A stretch of DNA of 64,000 nucleotides from Aplysia californica (taxonomy: Eukaryota): the NCBI RefSeq assembly GCF_000002075.1, contig NW_004797289.1, forward strand, positions 2,371,228 to 2,435,227, in the 5' to 3' direction. The position numbers and the translations under genes were made by a program. This document shows positions 51,501-63,091 of this stretch, piece by piece (positions within the stretch are counted from its first letter, which is position 1; the number at the start of each line of letters is the position of its first letter). The notes below the pieces were generated by a model. It worked only from the letters and a program-made list of their open reading frames with translations. It was not told where the DNA came from and ran no database searches.

Positions 51501-54500
51501 CATCCATATTTAACAGTTGTTTTTTTTCATCGTTGTCTTTGAGCAAGAGAAAAAGTAACCTACTGGCAAATATTCATACATCCTAGCTAGTTTTTATTGT
51601 GATGAAGGCAATTATGTCACTACTTAAGAACTAGAAAGAAAGTAACTGTCTCAAAGCAATAAATGCATTGAAGTCCATATTCCAATGTCTTTTTCTTTCC
51701 AACCTTCCCTAATGACTGCAGACACCAATTGACAGACATAACAGTGCTCTATCCAATCTAATCTTTGGTATTCACACAACAGGAAGGTCTCAACCAAGTG
51801 GATTTGGCACAAAAATAAAACAAAAAGATTTCTTTACGCAGAACTGCACCAATACAAGGAAGGAATAGTAACTTTGGAAGCCTCATCTGCAAAGAAGCAT
51901 TAAATTGTCTCACTGAAATGCATTAAGCTCTAATTGACAGTTATAAAAGAGTACTGTATCAAATACAAACTCCATATAAAGGAAGACATCTACCAAGACA
52001 TGTAGATTCTTTTCTTTCGTTATAGATGCTGTGAAGTTTAAATATCCAATGTTGCCAACCAGGAGTAGCCTGAAACTAACTATATGCTACAACACTTATC
52101 GTTCCATATAGAAAAAATGAAAATCAAATACATTCAAACCAGACAATACTTAAAAATCTTTACCTCTGTAGCAGTTCCAAAAGGTCCATCCACATAGATC
52201 CTGAGGACACAAAATAAAGCAAACAAAATTAAAGGACAATATGACACGTTGGCTTTTTAAAAATGTCAGCTATGTGATCAAGTTCCTTTTTAGTCGAAGA
52301 AACAGCTTGTAAACCTTTCATTTTCATAATAACATGCTTGTGCCTGGGTGTATAAATATTAACTATAATTACGAAATAAGGTCTAGAGATCGCCATGTTT
52401 ACTGCAGATTAAAAAAACAAACCCCTTATGATAGTTTATACATATATAGAAGAATTATACTTATCTATAACACTTCCATACACAACTACAAAAATGATTT
52501 GGTAGATGTGTACCACAATGAGGGCCAAGAGTTGCAACACAAAGGGAAAAAACACTACGTCCTTTCTACATTGTAGAAACATGCATATAAACAATAAGCT
52601 TGTGCAATTTATAACATCATTTTTCTCTTCATTTTAAGCATTTCACCAAAATTTAAACAGCATGTTCAATCAAAACGTTTGAGGTGCATGCTCAATTTGT
52701 CTTTAACACGTTACACCCTAACTCGCCCGGGACCGCCCGGGAATTCCCTTACGCGCTCAAACCCCGACTCGCCCGCAACCGCCCGTGCCGACCTAGCGTC
52801 TTTAGAAACGAAGTCTCACCTTGATGAGACTCTGGGGCTGAGATTTTGATTTGCATAGTTATTGCAAAAAGTTTCTTTCGTTTGATACCGAAACGAAATT
52901 TTTTGGGCCAGTAGTTTTAGTATTAGAGCTGATAGAAGTGCGATCCCGTTACATGTACCGACACTTCGTAGGTGTCTCGACATGTTGAAAAGTAACACAA
53001 TTGAGTTCGAAAAAGGAAATAACGATGGATTTGAGCAAAAACAAGCATATGACAAATCAGATGACTCAGATATTGATGAAAACGTTGTAGCAAGAGTTTG
53101 GGGCGATTCAGATTGATAAGACGTAGAAAATCTAGAATTTAGATCTAGGGCCCAACCGCCAGGCTGAGAGTGAGGGTGACGGGTCGGACACCTCGATTGA
53201 ACTAAAGTTAGAACATTTCCAACAGTTTGCGCATACACAAAGTTATATTTTTCTGAAACTGCATTCATTATTCGTTTTAACTTTTATTTTCTCAGAATTT
53301 TTGGAATTTGTTAAGTACTTTTAAAATGCGTTTTTTAAAGGCAACTGTATTCACGGGAGGTGGGTTCCTTCCCCTTGCTTAGGATCTAACAATGGACTTC
53401 CCGTCCAGACCTTTACGGTGTAATGTGTTAAAAAAACACTAGATAATGTTAAACAATTTCAAAGCACTGCTAAGATTTTTATTTTCAAAACTGTGCAGCC
53501 TGGTACATCATAGTACAGTTTAAAGTACCGTGGCATCTTCCAGGCCTCTTGGAAATCTCCCTCATCCACATGGCACAGTTTGGCAACAGCCTCAGTCCAG
53601 TCACCAACTCGCCGCACGTGGACAGAAAAATATTCATCACCTGGTGCCTGGAAAGTGGGAGAGACAGAGTTGAATTGATTCATTTATACATAATTTGATT
53701 AACTTTGATTAAAAATACCATGTGAAGTACTAATATTATTAGTACTTCACATGCTCTGGGTTTTTGTTGTTTTTGCTTTTTATTGCAGTTTTCTTCTTAA
53801 CTGGTGCTGTAATTATATGCTGAAAAACTGATCAATTTCAGTCTGTCCATGGTTTTTCTATTGAGCCCCATTTGGTGACATTTTGGTAAGACGTTTTGCA
53901 TTTAGCTTTACCAGCTTAATTGAATTACAAATTACAATGAATCTCTTATCACTGCTTACTCATAAGCAGAGCAAAACAGGTGTACTGGTATCTAGAGTGC
54001 TCTTACTGAAGTCAAAGTGAACGGATGCCACTCAAGTTTGGAGACAGCCGGACACTGTATGAGGATGTACTGGCCTGGGGCAGCCCTGAAGCCTTTCTTC
54101 TGCATCTGGAGCTCAAATACTTGGGAGGGGTGAGTCACAACCTGGGGGGGGGGAACAACCAGCAGATAGAAAATGGGAACCCGACAGGGTTTCCAATAAA
54201 TTTCATACACGTTAACTTTAAAATTGTATTACATTCTTTCAAACAATAGGTCAAAATAGATTCTTGTGGTTTATAATTCGCTGTGATCACTAGACAAGCC
54301 AGAATCAGGTGAAATAAGTGAACAAACTCAGTGTATCCTAGTGAGTGTAGGAGAATAAGGGAGCACGGGGTGTATATAAACAGACGGCGAAGGTTAAACC
54401 GGCCTTCCGAGCCACGACTAAAACCTAGTCTGAGCAGGGATCGACGCTACTGGTGGGTTGACACAGTGGATGGAGCTCCGGACCTGTACGACCCACACTC

Positions 54501-57500
54501 ATCGTTCCCCGCTCGAAACAGTGAGTATTGAAACCAACGTAGATAGACTAACGAGTAGAATCTAGGATTAGATAGCACTTATCATCTCATTACAATTCTT
54601 TTCAAAAATATCAAAATAGATTAAAAAAAAAAAATCAGAATAGATTCTTTTCAAACAGAGATCAGCTTTATGTAGCAATAAAGTCGCTTTACTCAGCACA
54701 CTACAGGTTCAAGCCTCCATTGAATCCCATAGAATTTTACTTTCAAGAATTTTTCAAGGATCTCTGAGACTGCTGGCTAATTCATACTAGAGATTGATGT
54801 TACAATTTGAGTACTTAGCTTCAAAAACTAATCTGTGTTGAAAAGGGCATTGCAAATAATTAATCATAAAAAGGTGGGGTAAATTTTTTTACCTGCAGAT
54901 ATAAACCTATGATGTGGTGTACTAAAATTCACCAAAGGTTGTAATGTCTATTATGCTTTCACTTATTGCTGCCTTGTGCTTGCCTGGATAAATGGTTCCG
55001 GATTTTTGTTTCTGTAGGGATGCACTGGGATTTTGTAAATATAACTAAGAATTTATGAAGTTGCATTAGTGAAAGACAGTACATAGACTGGGGTTAAACA
55101 GAAAACAAACGAATTCCTCAGAGAAAAAGCACATCATGACTTTAAGTACTCTTTTTTTTTTTTGGTGTTTTTTTTCCATTTTAACCCATCGAGGTTCAAT
55201 ATAACAGAAATAAAAATAAAACAGGAAAATAGCATCCCTACAGTTAAAAATAAAAATAGAAGTCAACATGACATTAGCTTAACACTGAGGTTTATGACCA
55301 TGAGTAATAGAAACAAAAGCCTGAATTCTGTGCAGGATTGTATTTTAGTTGTGAGATACAATAGTCTGAAATGAATTCTGAGCGATATCAAGCACACAGT
55401 GTCTATATACTTTTTACTTTAAAAATTGGGGGCATGGGAAGGGGGGGGGTGCATCGAGGAAGAAGAGAGTCACAATATGGCATGGACACATAAACACTGA
55501 ATGTGGAATGGTTGGCGGGCATTACCTTTGTGATGACCACCCTCGTCAACCCGCTGACCAGTCGTGCCAGTCGCTCCAACAAGTACAGAATCGCTGGAGC
55601 CACCAGCCACTTCCAGCTCTGTGGGAAATGTAGGAAAGATAATCAGAATAAGGCTTCAGGCACACGAGTAATCGTTCCGGTCAACTGATTTTCTTGTTAT
55701 TAATATACTACACAGAATAGAACCAAAGGACTTGGGAAAGTGCTATTGTATCGAAAGATACAGGGAGAGAGGAGCAGAGGAAGACAGAGTACAACATACA
55801 CAAATGGCCTAAACAGCTTTATGATCAAAAACACAATTAGGAAAACTGAGCTGATTAGGAGGACTAACAATAGGAAGGAATGGAGAACCATGATCAGCAA
55901 TGTCTACTGCAGACCTAATACATAAAAAAGAAGAAAAAGAAGAATACACAGAAGCTAAAGATACTAAAGGCAATTGGCATCTGTTATTTAGTTTGAGTGA
56001 CTCTTTTTGAGTAAAGATAAGCATATCAACATAATGAGGTTTATTTATTACAGGGAAAGAGTAAGACAGACAGACAGAAACAAAAGAGGTAGAAAAAAGA
56101 GGAAGGACCTACCAACCACTCAATCTTATATTTACATTATACACCAACCAGCAATACCTCTAGCAAGAACTTCTTTCTCTTATCCTTAACCAACCTTGAC
56201 AAAACCAGACACAACAGAAGGAAAATCTCATTAGGATGTCCACTTTCAACAACATGGCATTTTGACAAAAGGCCCAAGCCTGAAAGACAGCTGGGAGTGG
56301 CAGCAATCACCCATCGTGTGAACACTAGACACATAAAAGTATTAAGTCCCTAAAGAGGGCAACGAAGGCAACAGTAAGATGTGAACGTACAGCCGGAGGA
56401 GTTCCCTCAAACTGTGGCACGTCGCACGGCTTCCCATCCCAGCGTTTCTCACTACAGCTTGGCACGGGGTGGTTAGACAAGTTACTCTGTTTGTGGATGA
56501 TCATTCTGGGAGGCAATCCAAACACATGGAAAGTGATTAGCAGTTATCACTATAAAAAGAATATACTATAGTTGAATCTGTTCCTACAACTACCTGTCCA
56601 GGACAATCGCCTGTACAAACGACCACTTCTTACTTCCTCAATAGCTTTCTTTTTCTATTGAAACGACATTGTCTAAGAGGGCCACCTGTCCAAGAAGACT
56701 GCTTTGCTCCTTGACAATGGGTGGACATCTTGGACAGGTCTGACAGTATTTTAAAAAGTAATAACAGTAATCACAATACAATTATTATTATTATCATTAT
56801 TACTATTGTTATTATCATTATTGCTGTCACTACTATCATAATTATCATAGTCAGTAATATAACTAATTATTATTATCTTTATTACTGTAACAATACACAT
56901 TTGTAAACTCCCACCACAGGACTCCCACACTTGCCACATGAAACCTGGTTTGCTCATACAGGCAAAACTGGACACTTACTGGGCTCCATGCACAAGAAAA
57001 CCAATGAAGAAGATGATAAACACGTGGTGGGTGAACCAGAATACTTCAAAGTACGAACGTCTGAAACAAAATGGCAGGCAAAAACTTATAACACTTTTGA
57101 AATACAAATAACAACATCACAGACCTATCTTCAAAATTCCCATATTTGTAAGCACTTATACTATCACCGTCTTACAAGAGCCAAAGAAATTGAGTACAAA
57201 AAAAATCTATAAGGACATGAACATTTTATACTTCAGCATATTTCGTGTTCTATATATATACTTTCTATGCAACGAATGCTAAGCTGAAACATCTTTTGAT
57301 CTAGAAAAAATTAACCATAATTATATCAAGGTTTTTATCACTGTAGGAAGTGACCCTTCTAATAATACTAGATAGCATTTGTATAGCGCAAATCCCCGCT
57401 CAACAGCAAGCTCTATGCGCTTCACAATCTATACTATTACCCCAGCAGACCTGAGAGCATTCTGAAACAATCTCAACTTCCTGGGAAGCATACAGTACAA

Positions 57501-60220
57501 GCAGCAATTTATAGGTGCTAAAAACTAACATACTGACAAGATCTTTCACTGTCTATGGCTGGGTACCCATTCCCACCTGTGTGAAGTGAGGAAAACTCAT
57601 GTAAAGTGCCTTATAAGGTATGAGTAAACTGATACTATATGAAAAAATACCAACTACAACTACAAAATCAACTTTCTAGCCATAAACATACCATTACTGT
57701 ATGATCACCACAAAAGGTGTAAAAATCAAGACTCTCATTAAGTATCACGCTTTTAGGCCTAATCCCTTTGTCACAGGGGAACAATAATAAAAAATATCCT
57801 AAAAACAAGTCAAAACAATTTAGCCCAAATCAAGGTTACCATAATTTGACGTTACCAAATCCAGTTACCAGCAATCAACTTTTCAAACGGTGACTGGTCA
57901 TTCACGGAAAGCAGATATTGTGTGAGGGATGCACTGTAATTATGTCGTGCTGTGATTAGGTTAGTCATTGTCTGTGACTGTTCAACGTATATCAGTCAGA
58001 GATACCAAACGTTCACAACTTCCTATCCTTCATGTATCAAAACTAATTATGCCCCTCTTATTCACCTGATAATCTCTGTTGAGGATGACACAATGATAAT
58101 CAGACACAGCGTAATGATGACGCCACTCACTCCAGCCACAGACTTGAATACTTCACGAGTGGGGTCCTAAGGGGAAAATTTTAAAAATAGAAATAATAGT
58201 GGTGGTAATAATAATAACCATACTAATAATACCAATGACAGTGCTGAAAATAATAATAATGATATAATAATCATAATGATAATAATAATAATACGAATAA
58301 TAATAATAATAACTTCTACAACAACAACAATATATGATAAAAATCATTACAATAATAATTTTTTTTAAAAAGCATTTGTAATTGCACATCGCTGCTCAAG
58401 AGCAAAATCTATGCACTTTACAATCTATATTATTACCCTTGCAGACCCTCAACGGGGGCTCTCATGGCCTAGAGGTTAAGGTGTTCGCCTCTCATTCAAA
58501 GGTCCCGGGTTCGAATCCGGGTAGCGACCAAAAAAATGTTCTTCTCTAAATTTGTCTCCTTTCACCTCCTTTCTTACTCTCTAGCAATATTCTGTCGCCT
58601 GCTTTCGTCTCCTCTTTCTGCCCCCCACCCATTCACCTCCTTTGCCCCCTCCTCTGAGCTCCTGATTCTTTCTGCAGCCTTTCTACTGCTACTCATAGGC
58701 TTCTTCTTACTGCTGTCTTTCAGCCACACCCCTGATCTTCTGGTAGGAAAGATCTACACCTAGCCTTCTCGGACAACGGCGAAAAATCTCGGAGGTCCCG
58801 TGTGCAAGTTGTGCACGTTAAAGATCCCTTGGTGGTCTAAAATCGATAAGAGTAGGCTTCGGCCGCCACCCGGGCAAAATTCAAAATTTCCTACCAACGA
58901 AAAAGGATTAGGTGTGTTCCGCGCGCTCATATGACCTTATGCAGTTGCGAGCGCCGTAAAACCCTATACTAAACAAACAAAACAGACCCTCAACATCTCA
59001 GAAACATTCTCAGCTCCTGGGAAGCATACAGTGCAAGCGGCTGATTAAATGTTCAAACACTAACAAACTTATAATATCTTTCACAGACACATTCACAAAA
59101 AAAACAACCTATGCAGTATATCACAGCAACATCTTATCTTCTTTTCACTCCATTGAGAGGTGAACTTTGAAATTTTATAAAATTATTTTTGGGGAGAATG
59201 TATCCAGACCACAATTAAGAAGTATTATTTAAAAACTTTAAAAAGACAATAAGACTAATTTTTAAAAAATGCATTTTTGTGAAGTGTTTTTCCAAACCAA
59301 TGAAAAAACCCACCTAAAATCCAATCAAGATAGACTACTCTGTAAACATTTCTTTTTTCTTCTCTATTTCAGTAGGAATGTACACACAGCCTTCATGACT
59401 TACCAACAGGAAACAAAATTTTAAAATAATTCTGGATAATTCTAATCCTATAACAGGCAAAAACAGAAACTGTCAGATCTGTGATGAACTATGGCATACA
59501 TGCAACATCATGCGGCTTATAATTGAAATAAGACCTTTAGAAATTTCTAGTAAGAGGTAACCCCCCCAATCCTGGACAACACCAAAGAGAGGATTGTTAC
59601 TCACTGGATCCGAAGACCGGATGGGGTTCACCCACGTTCCATTGGGTGATGACGGAAGGTGGGTTAAACGACTTCTCAAGTCATTGCCGGTAATCCTATG
59701 GGCTTCTGCTAACTTTTCAAAATTGAAGCAGTGAGCACTTATGTGGATGGCTGAAAAAGTAATGTGAAATTGACACCAGTGTCTCAGAAGCATCCGTTAC
59801 TTAAGCCACTATTTGAGATGGCCACACCTGTGCATGGGACATTTACAACATTACAAGAATGATAAAATGTTTAGATTTAGTAAGAGTTTTACGGCACTTG
59901 CAACACAATAAGGTCATATAAGTGCCAAAGATTAGAGGTGTTACAAGACAGTAACAAACACAAAAAAGAAAGAGGAGAGATAAGGACGATAGATGTTTGA
60001 TAGGAACGAAAGAGCAAACCACACCAGTGCACGTGTCAACCACCCACAAAATTATAAAATAAAGATTATATCATAAACACGAGCTAAAATACACTATCCC
60101 GTCCTTATTCACCACTGACCCATCAACTCTAACAGCCCACTCTTTTTTTTGGCTTATGACACACTTCCAAAGCAAAATTCAAAAGGATGCTATGTATGTG
60201 TGAGTGGTGTGTGTGTGCGC

Positions 60221-60258
<38 letters not shown>

Positions 60259-63091
60259 TGTGTGTGAGAGAGTGTGCTGTGTGTGTCTGTTGTGTGAGTG
60301 TGTGTGTGTTTGTGCTGTGAGCGTGCAAGTTTGTGTGTGTGTGTGACTATGTGCGTGGAAATATATATACGCATGAATCAATTTTTGTGTATATGAGTGA
60401 CAAAAGGAGGGTGAACTGAAGAGAATGGATAGACTGGGAGATAAAGAGAGAAGGCAAAATACACTTTCAGTTTAAACGTATCCTAAAAGCAGTACCTGTA
60501 TGAAGACAAATCATGTAGGCAATATACTTGTGATAAGTAATATTTTTGTCCAGCTGTCTGCGCAGTATTTGGGGGCAGCACTGAAAATGAAAAAAAAAAG
60601 AAAGAAAAAAAATACAAGAAAATTATTACATTGAAGAAATTGACTTTGATAAAACGATAAGAAACGACATATTTATTAACTTATTCAGCGGTACTGATGA
60701 GAATTCTCACACAGCTGGTTTCCGCCTGTTTGCGTTTGAAGAGAACTCTTTCAACATTGCCTCTTTATGAAGCTAAAAGTTCAGTAAAAGAATACCTCCT
60801 CCCTTATTTATAGTCACCTGAGTAAGAGGAAAACTCCTCTAGATATGTTTGATTTCTTTTATAGTGTCATTTTTATTTAAACAAACAAGGGACATTTGCT
60901 TTTTGGTGTGATTTTCCAAGGTCTAATGTTGCCGAGGTTCAGCTTTTCACAATGGCCTCCAGTAGTTGAAAATGAACGATCGCAGTCCTACAATGTTTTT
61001 TTCCGATATAGAAGCTTTACAGTTGTTATTGAATTTTGATCAACAGTATGTTCAAATATCTAGTTCATCAAGTGATAGTCCTGACAGCGACTTTGATTTT
61101 GATGGCAATTGTGAGACAAGATATAGGCCAACTGGTACTCATAGGCTCATCACTAGATCTAGATCCAAGCACTACAGCTATTGCGAGCAAAGACGAGTGT
61201 AGATTTAATAATGTATGTTAATGAAAGTCAGTGTTGTCACAATGTAATGAATTCAGAGTTGAAAGAAATGTTTTGTGCTATTAATTCAGTAATGGATATT
61301 ATGAAGAGGTTGAAACTTGCTCCTACACATCTCAAGTCAAGATATGGGTCATATTAGATTTTTCTCCAGCTTTTCCTGCTTTTCTACAGATAAGGCCAAA
61401 AATATTATATTTGTTTTTCTTGTTACTAACATCTTTCCTAGCACAGCTATGACAACATATCTGTACAACTGTGTTGTCTTGAAGTTTGTTTGTATTTCTG
61501 ATTTGGTGCATGTCTGCTGTTGTGTAATTTTCATACTTCATTTCATGTTCTCCTTGGCAATATAAAATTTAAACTTACATTGGCATAAAATCTTCTACAC
61601 TCACTACTATATTCAATACTGAGTAAGCAGCAGAAAAAATTTTGACGATGAGTGTAGTGGCTTTTTTAAACTCTCACCCACTTTTTGCAACATTTTCTTG
61701 GAAAGGATCATGACAGATGCTCTTGAAGATCACGAATGAACAATCAGTCATGGGGGGAGAACGATTAATAACAGGTTTTGCAGACGACATAGACGGCTTT
61801 GCGGGACAAGAACAAGAATTAGTCAGCTTAGTAGACCGTCTTGAAAAGACCTCCACAGCCTACAACATGGAAATCAGTGCTGAGAAGACCAAACTGATGT
61901 CTAACAACAGCAAAACCATCACAGCGGACATCCAGGTCAACAACCAGACGCTTGAGACCGTACGCAGCTTCAAATACCTGGGTGCAATAGTGACATATGA
62001 AGGATCAAAACCAGAAATAATCTCCAGAATAGCACAAACTTCAGCAGCAATGTATATCTCACAAAGAAGGTAACAGCCTGCTAAGAATTTGATTGTTACC
62101 ATCCTTATCAATGCATAGTTACCCATTTGTAGCATGTCAAACTGAGGACAAAAGAAGTAATCTTATCATTACCATTCTGGAATTTTAACTTTATCAAAAA
62201 TTTCCATAATATTGATACAAAAGTGATACTTACATCACAACATCCCCTGATATAGCTGAAGAGTTTCCTACATACAGGTAACAAAATCAGCATCACGTTG
62301 AAGTTAAGGCAAGCAGCACTGGCACGGGCCCAGCACAGAGAATTCTGAAAGGCAAAAGTTAAAGCCTCTAAATTAAAAAATGACAATCAATTAATTTTCA
62401 ATATCAAAAACATTTCTGTAGCTATGAAAATACAATTCGTTCAAAGAACTGAGAAGCAATGAACCTTCAGGCGTCGATGTGCTTCTCCTAGAAAGCAAAA
62501 GTGTTCTTGGATTTTGTTACAAAACGAGTAACAATTTACACCAAAAACCTCCGGGCCAATATGAGATACACGAGATAACATGAAAATCAAAATCAACTGA
62601 ACTGGATAAATCACTTTACTGGTTTTCAGTGATACTATATATATATATATATATGCATATGTAATTTTCCCCTCAACAATACAATAGATTGCTGTCTTGA
62701 ACAGTTTCAACTGTATATATATATACAGTTGAAACTGTTCAAGACAGTAATCTATTGTATTGTTGAGGGGAAAATTAGTTGTCAAAGACAGATGGAAATC
62801 TTAGATACACAGCGTTATCACAAATTGAAAAAATACAAGGAGGAGGGGGGAAGTGGCTGTTTGTACAGGTGATTGTCTTGGACAGGTAGCTGTTAGAGTA
62901 GGATCAACTGTATTTATGTAAGCTACACTACTTGACTACCTGTAATTTTAATCAAAAGGGAAAAAGGAGAGTACAAAAAAACAACTAATACAAACCCCAA
63001 CAAGACTCCGCAGGTAAAAGTACTCATCAGCATCTCTGTAGCTCACAAATGTCACAGCAAACAGAATGACATTGATAATGATCCATATGCC
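45470..63091 (-). CDS. CYBB: NADPH oxidase NOX2/gp91phox-like (cytochrome b-245 heavy chain), 15 exons in window, 548 aa, first exon outside window
   Basis: Exons 62996-63091, 62234-62344, 60496-60580, 59605-59750, 58066-58166, 56980-57060, 56391-56505, 55526-55618, 54007-54141, 53529-53647, 52164-52200, 50351-50433, 47625-47817, 47013-47140, 45470-45593 join in frame. The four heme His residues (YHK, LHT, THH, VHG), [27 protein letters not shown] and C-terminal NKENF* are all present. B-loop LRRQLDKN is NOX2-like. Confidence 0.95.
45945..46596. mobile_element. piggyBac MITE
   Basis: TTGA/TTAA flanks; TIR CTCATTGAAGACG. Confidence 0.8.
47013..47140 (-). CDS. CYBB: NOX exon (ARNIMLH...[14 protein letters not shown]...HK)
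   Basis: TGL..KT.YGRP.W motif. Confidence 0.95.
47212..47412 (+). mobile_element. Degenerate tRNA-derived SINE
   Basis: TAGCTCAGTTGG A box, GGTTCG B-box remnant, GTAAAACC tail. Confidence 0.55.
47625..47817 (-). CDS. CYBB: NOX exon (YKFCDP...GWNANQ)
   Basis: KKVYLYW, AFEWF. Confidence 0.95.
48190..48281 (-). pseudogene. 3'-truncated U2 snRNA pseudogene
   Basis: ATCACTTCTCTGCCTTTTGGCCAAGATCTAAGTGCAGTACCTGTTTTTAATCAGCTTAGTGTCTGA resembles U2 ATCGCTTCTCGGCCTTTTGGCTAAGATCAAGTGTAGTATCTGTTCTTATCAG; no Sm site. Confidence 0.85.
48889..49285 (-). mobile_element. Retroposon family B copy
   Basis: Similar to 36722-37105. Confidence 0.75.
49563..49820. mobile_element. hAT-type MITE
   Basis: TIR (T)AGRGGTGGGCAAA; 8-bp TSD ATGTACAT. 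Confidence 0.85.
49904..50349. repeat. 45-bp minisatellite, ~10 copies
   Basis: GTATCAGAAGAGGTCAGTAAAGCAAATAAATGAGATCCTTWGCCC repeated. Confidence 0.97.
50351..50433 (-). CDS. CYBB: NOX exon ([27 protein letters not shown])
   Basis: NADPH-binding motif. Confidence 0.95.
52164..52200 (-). CDS. CYBB: NOX micro-exon ([12 protein letters not shown])
   Basis: 37 nt, DGPFG motif. Confidence 0.93.
52707..53427 (+). mobile_element. piggyBac deletion derivative
   Basis: TTAA flanks; TIR CACRTTACACC; acidic SDDSDIDE relic of a transposase N-terminus. Confidence 0.8.
53529..53647 (-). CDS. CYBB: NOX exon ([18 protein letters not shown]...KMP)
   Basis: FAD-binding motif. Confidence 0.95.
54007..54141 (-). 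CDS. CYBB: NOX exon (VVTHPS...[10 protein letters not shown])
   Basis: FAD-binding motif. Confidence 0.95.
54265..54594. mobile_element. Solo LTR, 330 bp
   Basis: TGT...ACA termini, perfect 5-bp TSD ATTCT (54260-54264 and 54595-54599), TATATAAA at ~54373, CpG-rich. Confidence 0.82.
55526..55618 (-). CDS. CYBB: NOX exon (SWKWLVAP...VVITK)
   Basis: 93 nt, TM6. Confidence 0.95.
55720..55945 (+). mobile_element. RTE-like LINE 3' end fragment
   Basis: [11 protein letters not shown]...NRKEWRTMI followed by an A/GAA tail. Confidence 0.65.
56391..56505 (-). CDS. CYBB: NOX exon (MIIHKQ...PQFEGTPPA)
   Basis: E-loop with CxxPQF. Confidence 0.9.
56980..57060 (-). CDS. CYBB: NOX exon ([12 protein letters not shown]...VHGA)
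   Basis: TM5, heme His pair. Confidence 0.95.
57360..57615 (-). mobile_element. CORE-like SINE with an L2-type 3' tail
   Basis: AGGCACTTTAC...CACAGGTGGGAATGGGTACC core-like block; tail matches the L2 at 32680-32740; a second copy is split by the SINE at 58454. Confidence 0.7.
58066..58166 (-). CDS. CYBB: NOX exon (DPTREV...SSSTEII)
   Basis: [15 protein letters not shown]4. Confidence 0.93.
58454..58982 (+). mobile_element. Full-length tRNA-derived SINE (Nin/Deu-like central domain)
   Basis: A box TGGCCTAGAGG, B box GGTTCGAATCC, pyrimidine-rich body, GCACGTTAAAGATCCC domain, (AAAC)n tail, 12-bp TSD CAGACCCTCAAC. Confidence 0.9.
59605..59750 (-). CDS. CYBB: NOX exon ([11 protein letters not shown]...SSDP)
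   Basis: 146 nt. Confidence 0.93.
60195..60355. repeat. Imperfect (TG)n microsatellite
   Basis: Seen directly. Confidence 0.93.
60496..60580 (-). CDS. CYBB: NOX exon ([18 protein letters not shown]...LHT)
   Basis: 85 nt, heme His. Confidence 0.95.
60680..61627 (+). mobile_element. Probable piggyBac deletion derivative
   Basis: TTAA + CTTATTCAG left end, [12 protein letters not shown] relic, weak right end CTGAGTAAG without TTAA. Confidence 0.45.
61672..62050 (+). mobile_element. RTE LINE internal fragment (related to 27771-28977)
   Basis: [23 protein letters not shown]. Confidence 0.88.
62234..62344 (-). CDS. CYBB: NOX exon ([16 protein letters not shown]...GCCD)
   Basis: 111 nt, TM2 motif. 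Confidence 0.95.
62662..62777. repeat. 116-bp near-perfect palindrome
   Basis: Arms are reverse complements with one mismatch; (TA)6 centre. Confidence 0.95.
62996..63091 (-). CDS. CYBB: NOX exon (GIWIIINV...SLVG)
   Basis: 96 nt, TM1. Confidence 0.9.

Noticed and set aside
58454-58530. tRNA gene
   Set aside because: It is the head of a SINE with body, tail and TSD; a similar copy is at ~16670-16742.
60690-60750. Hammerhead ribozyme (CTGATGA core)
   Set aside because: I could not build stems II and III with a GAAA; it is better explained as a TE terminus.
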